From assembly GCA_963826115.1 (NCBI GenBank), contig CAWGVS010000005.1:1120001-1184000 (forward strand): a DNA stretch of 64,000 nt, read 5' to 3'. Under the pieces are notes generated by a model. The model did no database searches. It had not been told where the DNA came from and saw only the letters and a program-made list of their open reading frames with translations. Origin of the DNA: an uncultured Candidatus Rokubacteria bacterium. Its GTDB lineage: Bacteria; Methylomirabilota; Methylomirabilia; Rokubacteriales; DASRDR01. Below are positions 57,307 to 64,000 of this stretch, one piece after another (positions within the stretch are counted from its first letter, which is position 1; each line of letters starts with the position of its first letter). A program made the translations under genes and the position numbers.

Positions 57307-58694
57307 GGGTCGTCGTCGTCCCGGCCAAGGACTTCGCCGGAGCGAAGCAGCGGCTCGCCGACGCGCTGCCGGCTCCGGCGCGCGCCGCGCTGGCCCGCGC
57401 CATGCTCGAGGACGTGCTGGCCGCGCTGGCGAGCGCGCCGGTCGACCGCGTGGTCGTGGTCACGCCGGATGTCGAGGTCGCGGCGGTCGCCGAGCGATCG
57501 GGCGCCATGGTCGTCCGGGAGCCCGAGGGCAGCGGCCACACCGCCGCCGTCGAGCGGGGCATCGCGCTCTGCCGGGAGTGGGGGGCGGCGGTGATGCTCA
57601 CCGTGCCCGGGGACGTTCCCTGCCTCACCGCCGACGAGGTGGCGCGCATCCTGGCGGCCTGCGGGCCGGCACCCGCAGCCGTCTTCGTCCCGTCCCGGAG
57701 CGGGCTCGGTACGAATGCGGCGTGCCTCGCGCCCCCCGACGCCGTGCCGCTCCGGTTCGGCGAGCCGTCCTTCGCCGCCCACCTCGCCGCCGCGCGGGCG
57801 CGCCGGATCGAGCCGGTCGTGCTCTCCCTCCCCGGCGCCGGCCTCGACATCGATCGCCCGGAGGACCTCCAGGCCCTCCGCGACATGGGACCGGGGACGC
57901 GTGCCGCCGCCGCCCTCGCGGCGCGCCCCCCGCCACCTCCCCGCGCTCCGCGTCTCGAGGTCTTCGGGATCCGGGGTCTCCCGGAGCTTCGGCCCGGCGA
58001 CGATCTCGCCGCGCTCTCGATCGCGGCGGCGGCCGCCCAGGGCACGCCCCTCGAGACCGGCGACGTCGTGATCTTGAGCCAGAAGGCGGTCTCCAAGGTC
58101 GAGGGGCGCCTGGTGCGCCTGGCTGACGTGACGCCGTCGCCGCTCGCAACCGAGGTGGGTCACGCGCACAAGAAGGACCCGCGCCTGATCGAGATCATCC
58201 TGCGCGAGTCGCGTCGGATCGTCCGCATGGACCGCGGGATCCTCATCACGGAAACCCGCCACGGCCAGATCTGCGCGAACGCGGGCGTCGACCAGTCGAA
58301 CGTCGGACTCGGCTGGGCGTGCCTCCTCCCCGAGGACCCCGACGCCTCCGCGCGGGCATTCGCGGAGCGCGTCCGCGCGGCGCGCGGGGTGGAGATTGCG
58401 GTCGTCGTCGCCGACACGTTCGGCCGCCCGTGGCGGGAAGGCCTGGTCAACGTGGCGATCGGCGTCGCCGGGCTCCGGTCCCTCCAGACCTACCTCGGCG
58501 TCCCCGACGCACACGGCTACACGCTCCAGGCGACGATCCTGGCGGTGGCCGACGAGCTGGCCGCGGCGGCCGAGCTCGTGATGGGGAAGCTCGACCAGGT
58601 GCCGGTGGCGGTCGTGCGCGGCTACCGCTACGAGCCCGGACCGGGCACCGCTCGCGAGCTCCTTCGCGACCCGAACGTCGACCTGTTCCGCTAG
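57303..58694 (+). CDS. cofC-cofE: Fused CofC guanylyltransferase and CofE F420-0:gamma-glutamyl ligase
   Basis: N-half VPAK..AKQRL, AMLEDVL, PGDVP, GTNA, RFG-PSF..H, DIDRPEDL; C-half GLPE-RPGDDL, SQKAVSKVEG, ANAGVDQSN, LLPEDPD, DTFGRPWR, ADELAAAA, DLFR. Confidence 0.93.
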   Translation: MRVVVVPAKDFAGAKQRLADALPAPARAALARAMLEDVLAALASAPVDRVVVVTPDVEVAAVAERSGAMVVREPEGSGHTAAVERGIALCREWGAAVMLTVPGDVPCLTADEVARILAACGPAPAAVFVPSRSGLGTNAACLAPPDAVPLRFGEPSFAAHLAAARARRIEPVVLSLPGAGLDIDRPEDLQALRDMGPGTRAAAALAARPPPPPRAPRLEVFGIRGLPELRPGDDLAALSIAAAAAQGTPLETGDVVILSQKAVSKVEGRLVRLADVTPSPLATEVGHAHKKDPRLIEIILRESRRIVRMDRGILITETRHGQICANAGVDQSNVGLGWACLLPEDPDASARAFAERVRAARGVEIAVVVADTFGRPWREGLVNVAIGVAGLRSLQTYLGVPDAHGYTLQATILAVADELAAAAELVMGKLDQVPVAVVRGYRYEPGPGTARELLRDPNVDLFR

Positions 58695-58743
58695 CCGCGG
58701 CGCGGGCGTGGCCCGCGCGGTCGCGTGGTACGCTAACCCCGCC

Positions 58744-60216
58744 ATGAGCCCGAGCCCCGAGCCCGCGGGCGCACTCTACGCGGTCGTGCGGCTCGTGGCG
58801 CGCTTCTGGCTTTGGTTTCTCTTCCGCGAGGTGGCGGTGCGCGCGGCGGAGCGCGTCCCGCCGGTCGGCCCGGTCCTCCTCTGCGTCAACCACCCCAACA
58901 ACCTGATCGACTCGCTCGTCGTCGGCGCGGTGCTTCCCCGAACGGTCCACTACCTCGCGAACGCCTCGCTGTTCCGGAACCCGGTCCTCGGCGCGTTCCT
59001 CACGCGCGCCGGCGCCATCGCCGTGCACCGCCGGCAGGAGGAGCCCCACACGGCGGACCGCGCGGAGCGAAATACCGAGACCTTCGTCGCCGCGCGCCGG
59101 GCCCTCGAGGCCGGCCATGTCCTCGCGATCTACCCCGAGGGCACGACGCACGCCGAGACCCGCGTCCAGCGCATCAAGACCGGCGCGGCCCGGATCGCCC
59201 TCGACTACGAGACCGCGCGAGCCGCCGGCCACCCGCCGCTTGCCCTGATCCCGGTCGGTCTCTCGTTCGAGGCCCGGAAGTCCTTCCGCGGCCGCGTGCT
59301 GGTGGCCTTCGGGGAGCCGCTCCCCCTCGGGCCCCACGTGGCCCGCGCGCGCGAGGAGCCGGCGGCGGCGATCCACGAGCTGACCGAGGCCATCCAGGCC
59401 GCGATGGAAGCCGAGGTCGTCCACGTCGACCGCCTCGACGTCGCAGAGGTCGTCCGCGCCGTCGAGGACCTCTACCGCGGCGAGCTCGTGCGCCAGCTCC
59501 GGGCCGAGCGCGGGCTTCCCGAGGAGGCGATCGACGTGTTCCGCCTCTCCCGCGCCATCGTCGAGGCGGTCGCCCACTTCCGCGAGGCGGACCCCGCACG
59601 AGTGAGGGACATCTGGCAGGGCATCCAGCACTACCGGGCGCTCCTCGACGCCTGGCGCGTGCGCGACCAGGCCGTCGACGCCCGGCTCCGGCACGACGAG
59701 CCCTCGCACGCGCTGCGCTCCTCCGGCGTCGCGGTGATCGGCCTCCCCGTCTTCCTCTACGGCACCGCCGTGAACGCGCTCCCCTACGCCATCCCCCGCT
59801 GGCTCGCTCGGGTCTTCGCCAAGAAGGAGACGGACTACGCGACGATCCGCCTGCTCTCGAGCGTGGTGGCCTTCCCGCTATGCTGGGGGCTCGAGACGTG
59901 GCTCGTCTGGCGGGCGGCGGGTCCGGCCTGGGCGACGGCGTTCCTCGTCTCGCTCCCCGTCAGCGGGCTCCTGGCCTACCACTACCTGCGCGGTCTCGCC
60001 CGGCTCCGGGCGAGGACCGGATTCGCCCTTCTCGCCCTGACCCATCGCCAGGCGGCGGCGAGGCTCCTGGCCGAGCGCCGCGCGATCATCGCCTCGCTGG
60101 AGCGCGCCAAGGCGGACTTCCTCGCGACGCGGGATGCGATGGAGGCCGCTTCCGGGGCGTCCCTGTCGCCGCGCCCATCCGCCGCCGCGCTCCGGGGACC
60201 CGAGGGCCCGCGATGA
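58744..60216 (+). CDS. Phospholipid/glycerol acyltransferase (PlsC-like) with C-terminal TM domain
   Basis: NHPNNLID (HX4D), IYPEGTTH, IKTGAARIA. Confidence 0.9.
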   Translation: MSPSPEPAGALYAVVRLVARFWLWFLFREVAVRAAERVPPVGPVLLCVNHPNNLIDSLVVGAVLPRTVHYLANASLFRNPVLGAFLTRAGAIAVHRRQEEPHTADRAERNTETFVAARRALEAGHVLAIYPEGTTHAETRVQRIKTGAARIALDYETARAAGHPPLALIPVGLSFEARKSFRGRVLVAFGEPLPLGPHVARAREEPAAAIHELTEAIQAAMEAEVVHVDRLDVAEVVRAVEDLYRGELVRQLRAERGLPEEAIDVFRLSRAIVEAVAHFREADPARVRDIWQGIQHYRALLDAWRVRDQAVDARLRHDEPSHALRSSGVAVIGLPVFLYGTAVNALPYAIPRWLARVFAKKETDYATIRLLSSVVAFPLCWGLETWLVWRAAGPAWATAFLVSLPVSGLLAYHYLRGLARLRARTGFALLALTHRQAAARLLAERRAIIASLERAKADFLATRDAMEAASGASLSPRPSAAALRGPEGPR

Positions 60217-61217
60217 GCGTCCTCCGCCTCGAAGAGCTGAGCGCGCCGGCCCTCGACCGGCTCGACCGGGCCCGGACCCTGGCGGTGGTGGGCGTGAGCC
60301 CGCTCGAGCAGCACGGCCCCCACCTCCCCGTCGGGGTGGACTACATGGCGGCGCGCCACTTCGCGGAGGCGATCGCCGAGCGCATCGTCGCGCGGCGCCC
60401 GGACTGGACGGTCGTGCTGACGCCGACGCTGCCCCTCGGAAGCTTCACGTTCGACGCGGTGGGCACCATCGGCGTGCGCCAGCGTGTCGTCCGCGACGCG
60501 GTCGTGGATTACGGCGCGGCGCTCGCGCGTGCGGGGTTCCGGTACATCCTGGTGTCGAACGGGCATGCCGGGCCGGGGCACCTCGTGGCGCTCGAGGAGG
60601 CGGCGACGATCGTCTCGCGCCGGCACCGGGTCCAGATGGCCTCGTTCACCGGGCACATGGCGTGGGAGTTCCTCCGGGGGCGCTACGTCGCGCGCATCGA
60701 AGCCACGCTCGGCCGCGCGCTCACGGCGGAGGAGCGGCGGGCGCTCGCGGGCGACGCCCACGGCGGCTGGTGGGAGACATCCCTGATGCTGCTCCTGCGC
60801 CCGGACCTCGTGGACCCGGGCTACCGCGATCTACCTCCGGCCCGCTATCACCTCGCGCAGCGGCTCCGGCCGAACTATCCCCTGCGGGACGGCGGCCTCG
60901 GCTACGTCGGCGACCCGGCCCGCGCCGACCTCGCCTTCGCGAAGGCCACGCTCGAGGTGCTCATGGCCGAGGCGTGCGGCCTGACCGAGCGCCTGCTTGA
61001 CGGGCGCCTGGACGCCCGCCATCATCGGTCGCCGTTCTGGCGGGTCCCGTTCCTGCGAACCGACTTCTGGCCGGTGGCCGGCGCCGCCGCCGTCCTCGCG
61101 GCCCTGGCGGGGATCTGGCTCGGCCGGTCCCGCCGGCCCGCCGCGCCCGGGGCCGCGTCCACCCCGACCGGCCCGGAACCGACGTCCATCTCCGAGAAAG
61201 GAGCATCCTCCCGATGA
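60213..61217 (+). CDS. Creatininase-family amidohydrolase with C-terminal membrane anchor
   Basis: LEQHGPHLPVGVD, SNGHAG, DAHGGWWETS, GYVGDP; hydrophobic WPVAGAAAVLAALAGIWL tail; ATGA overlap. Confidence 0.88.
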   Translation: MSVLRLEELSAPALDRLDRARTLAVVGVSPLEQHGPHLPVGVDYMAARHFAEAIAERIVARRPDWTVVLTPTLPLGSFTFDAVGTIGVRQRVVRDAVVDYGAALARAGFRYILVSNGHAGPGHLVALEEAATIVSRRHRVQMASFTGHMAWEFLRGRYVARIEATLGRALTAEERRALAGDAHGGWWETSLMLLLRPDLVDPGYRDLPPARYHLAQRLRPNYPLRDGGLGYVGDPARADLAFAKATLEVLMAEACGLTERLLDGRLDARHHRSPFWRVPFLRTDFWPVAGAAAVLAALAGIWLGRSRRPAAPGAASTPTGPEPTSISEKGASSR

Positions 61218-62290
61218 CCGACGGTCCCCTCCTCGTATCCGCCGCTGCGCTCAAGGCCTTCATCGTCGCGGTGTTCGACCGGTGGGGCACGCCGCCCGCC
61301 GTCGCCGACCTCACCGCCGACCTGATGGTCCGGACGGACCTCCGCGGCGTCGATTCTCACGGCATCGGGATGCTCCCGACCTACCTCCGCTGGTATCGCC
61401 GCGGGTGGATCGTGCCGGGCGCCGAGCCCAAGGTGGCCCGCGACGAGGGCACGACGGCGGTCATCGACGGGCAGCAAGCGTTCGGCCACTACACGTCCAC
61501 GCTGGCCATGGAGCTCGCCATCGCCAAGGCTCGCGCCCACGGCGTGGGCTTCGTGACCTGCCGAAACTCGAACCACTACGGCGCAGCGGCCAACTACTCG
61601 ATGATGGCGCTTCCCCACGACATGATCGGGCTCAGCCTGACCAACTCCGGGCCGGCCGTCGTCCCGACCTACGGGCGCGAGGCCATGCTCGGCACCAACC
61701 CGATCTCGTTCGCCGCGCCCGCCGGGCGCCACTTCCCCTTCGTGCTGGACATGGCGACCAGCACGGTGGCGATCGGCAAGCTGACGGTGGCGCTCCGGTG
61801 GGGGAAGCCGATCCCGCCGGGCTGGGCCCTCGACGACGAGGGCCAGCCGACGACCGACCCGACCGTCGCGTACGAGAGGCGCCTCCTCACCCCGCTCGGC
61901 GCCACGCGCGACCTCGGAGGCCACAAGGGCTACGGCCTCGCGGTGATGGTGGACATCCTGTCCGGCGTCCTCGCCGGCGCGCTGTTCGCGGGCGTCCGCC
62001 AGCGCGACCCCGATCCCACCCGGGCGGACATCGGACACTTCTTCGGCGCAATCGACGTCGCCCGCTTCCGGGACCTCGCCGCATTCAAGGCCGACATGGA
62101 CGACCTCCTCCAGGCGCTGAAGGACTCGGCCAAGGCCGAGGGGCAGGAGCGCATCTACGTGGCCGGCGAGCCCGAATGGGAGTGCGAGGAGCGCCGGCGC
62201 CGCGATGGCGTTCCGCTCGCGCCCGGCCTGGTGGGCCAGCTCCGCGAGGTCTCGGCCGCGACCGCCGTCCCGTTCACGCTCGGCGCCTGA
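61214..62290 (+). CDS. Ldh_2 family oxidoreductase (malate/sulfolactate/ureidoglycolate dehydrogenase type)
   Basis: DLRGVDSHG, NSNHYGAA, GTNPISFA, LDMATS, GHKGYGL. Confidence 0.93.
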   Translation: MTDGPLLVSAAALKAFIVAVFDRWGTPPAVADLTADLMVRTDLRGVDSHGIGMLPTYLRWYRRGWIVPGAEPKVARDEGTTAVIDGQQAFGHYTSTLAMELAIAKARAHGVGFVTCRNSNHYGAAANYSMMALPHDMIGLSLTNSGPAVVPTYGREAMLGTNPISFAAPAGRHFPFVLDMATSTVAIGKLTVALRWGKPIPPGWALDDEGQPTTDPTVAYERRLLTPLGATRDLGGHKGYGLAVMVDILSGVLAGALFAGVRQRDPDPTRADIGHFFGAIDVARFRDLAAFKADMDDLLQALKDSAKAEGQERIYVAGEPEWECEERRRRDGVPLAPGLVGQLREVSAATAVPFTLGA

Positions 62291-62300
62291 GGAGACATCC

Positions 62301-63293
62301 ATGCCCCAGTTCGCGTACTTCTGCGGTCACGAGCAGTTCCAGCCCGAGGTGCTCCTCGAGCACGCCGTCCTCGCCGAGTCGGTGGGCTTCGACGCGCTGA
62401 CGGTGTCCGACCACTTCCACCCGTGGGTCGACGACAAGTCCGCGTGCGGCTTCGCGTGGGCGTGGCTCGGAGCGCTCGCCGCGCGCACGCGGCGGATCCG
62501 CTTCGCGACCGCCGTCACCTGTCCCCTGCTCCACTACCACCCGGGCCTCGTGGCCCAGGCGGCGGCGACCGTGGACCGGCTCTCCGGCGGGCGGTTCGCC
62601 CTCGGCGTCGGCACCGGCGAGGGCATCAACGAGCGTCCGCTCGGCTTCACGTTCCCGGGCTACAAGGAGCGGGCGGGCCGCATGACCGAGGCGATCGCGA
62701 TCATGCGCGCCTTGCTCGCCGGCGAGAAGCTCGACTTCGCCGGCACGTACTACCGGACCGACAAGGCCCGCCTCTACAGCCCGCCGGTCGGGCGCGTGCC
62801 GATCTGGATGTCGGCCGGCGGGCCGCAGTCGGCGACCCTGGCGGGGCGCATCGCCGACGGGCTCATTCTGAGCGTGAAGGTCCCCGCCGAGGCGCGGGAG
62901 CAGATCATCGACCCGTTCCGGGCGGCCGCGCAGGCCGCCGGCCGGCCCGCGCCGACCCTGGTCGCGCAACGCTGGTCGATCCTCGCCGCCGACGAGGACG
63001 AGGCGTGGGAGGCGCTCCAGGCCTGGCGCGGGCTCCGCGTCGAGGGCCGCCTGGAGGAGGTGGATCCCGCCGTGCTGCGGGCCCGCGCCGACGCGATGGA
63101 CCGGCGCGAGATCATCGGCAAGTACGCGTGGGCGCGGCGACCCGAGGATCTCATCGCGATCTACCGGCCGCTCGTCGAGGTCGGCGCGGACATCGTCACG
63201 ATCCAGGTGACCTCGGTCGACCAGCCCAAGACGATCGAGGCGATCAGCCGAGAAGTCCTGCCGGCACTGCGTGCCATGGGGGTGCGGTCATGA
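62301..63293 (+). CDS. LLM-class F420-dependent dehydrogenase (FGD/G6PDH-like family)
   Basis: HEQFQP, SDHFHPW, TAVTCP..YHP..VAQAAAT, LGVGTGE-INE; AGGAG RBS. Confidence 0.9.
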   Translation: MPQFAYFCGHEQFQPEVLLEHAVLAESVGFDALTVSDHFHPWVDDKSACGFAWAWLGALAARTRRIRFATAVTCPLLHYHPGLVAQAAATVDRLSGGRFALGVGTGEGINERPLGFTFPGYKERAGRMTEAIAIMRALLAGEKLDFAGTYYRTDKARLYSPPVGRVPIWMSAGGPQSATLAGRIADGLILSVKVPAEAREQIIDPFRAAAQAAGRPAPTLVAQRWSILAADEDEAWEALQAWRGLRVEGRLEEVDPAVLRARADAMDRREIIGKYAWARRPEDLIAIYRPLVEVGADIVTIQVTSVDQPKTIEAISREVLPALRAMGVRS

Positions 63294-63943
63294 GGCTTGC
63301 GATCGTCTTCGCCGTCTGGGTCGCGCTCGCGGGATGCGCGGTCGAGTACACGCAGACCGACCTGATGGCGTTGAAGCGCGCGGACCGGCAGAGCCTGCGC
63401 GACGCCAAGGACGTGGCGGTCGTCATGTACCCGATCCCGTCGATGACCTTCAACGGCTACGTGGACGAGCGGTCCATCGGGGTCCTCACGCAGACGGGCA
63501 TCGAGGCGCCGCTGGACCGCATCCGGGAACGCATGGTCACGCGACTCACCGGATCACTCGGCTACCCGGCCGTGCTGCGTCAACCGCCGGCGATGGTGGC
63601 GGACTCCAGCGTCGACAGCCTCCGCGCCTCGATCAAGGCGCCGCTCATCCTCGACTTCGCCACGCGGTCCTGGGGCCTCGGGAACGTCAGCGGCGGGGGC
63701 GGCGAGCCGAAGCCGGACGCGCTCATCTACACCCACAACCACGTGCGCGCGCGCCTCGTCCGCCTGTCCGACGGCCAGATCCTGTGGCAGGCCATCTGCG
63801 GCCTCCGGGGCTACCCCGGCGATGAGACAGTGAAGTACGCCGACCTCATGGCGAGTGGCGGCGTGCTCCTCCGCCAGAAGCTGAACGCGGCCGCGGACCG
63901 CTGCGCGGACGAGCTCGTGGAGTTCTTCCAGGGCGCGGACTGA
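63290..63943 (+). CDS. Hypothetical lipoprotein
   Basis: Lipobox LAGC; ARLVRLSDGQILWQ motif; two further Cys; ATGA overlap. Confidence 0.8.
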   Translation: MRLAIVFAVWVALAGCAVEYTQTDLMALKRADRQSLRDAKDVAVVMYPIPSMTFNGYVDERSIGVLTQTGIEAPLDRIRERMVTRLTGSLGYPAVLRQPPAMVADSSVDSLRASIKAPLILDFATRSWGLGNVSGGGGEPKPDALIYTHNHVRARLVRLSDGQILWQAICGLRGYPGDETVKYADLMASGGVLLRQKLNAAADRCADELVEFFQGAD

Positions 63944-63950
63944 GCGGGCG

Positions 63951-63982
63951 CGCGCGGGCGCCCGTCTCCTAGCGCCCGCGCG
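63951..63982. terminator. GC hairpin at the operon end
   Basis: CGCGCGGGCGC / GCGCCCGCGCG 11-bp perfect inverted repeat. Confidence 0.55.
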
Positions 63983-64000
63983 TCACTCCGACCGCGAGCA

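Noticed and set aside
63983-64000. End of a convergent minus-strand gene
   Set aside because: Only a possible TGA and five codons are visible, too little to support a call

Overview
Very GC-rich (by eye about 70%+), densely coding core-chromosome segment of a diderm bacterium (MsbA, O-antigen ligase, OmpA lipoprotein). Gene style suggests Candidatus Rokubacteria/Methylomirabilota, which is an inference. About 58 genes; I found no rRNA, tRNA, CRISPR, integrase or transposase. Main elements: (1) a sigma54 two-component locus with a Pro-rich lipoprotein, followed by a -24/-12 promoter and an Ala-zipper/OmpA lipoprotein; (2) an apbC-LonN-PDZ-sigma54 regulator cluster; (3) a peptide ABC transporter; (4) GT4-msbA-O-antigen ligase genes; (5) a c-di-GMP-I riboswitch behind a sigma54-like promoter, controlling an HEXXH lipoprotein and a HEAT protein; (6) a 2251-aa hybrid kinase with nine GAF domains joined by near-identical 168-bp DNA linkers, followed by a single receiver and a receiver-class III cyclase with non-canonical specificity residues; (7) glnA with sigma54, sigma70 and NtrC-like sites; (8) an F420 biosynthesis/utilisation cluster (cofG, cofH, cofD, fused cofC-cofE) interrupted by HU and a GNAT-like gene. 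Several genes carry clustered single-base indels that look like long-read assembly errors, and many genes appear to be leaderless. All calls come from reading motifs by eye; no searches were run.
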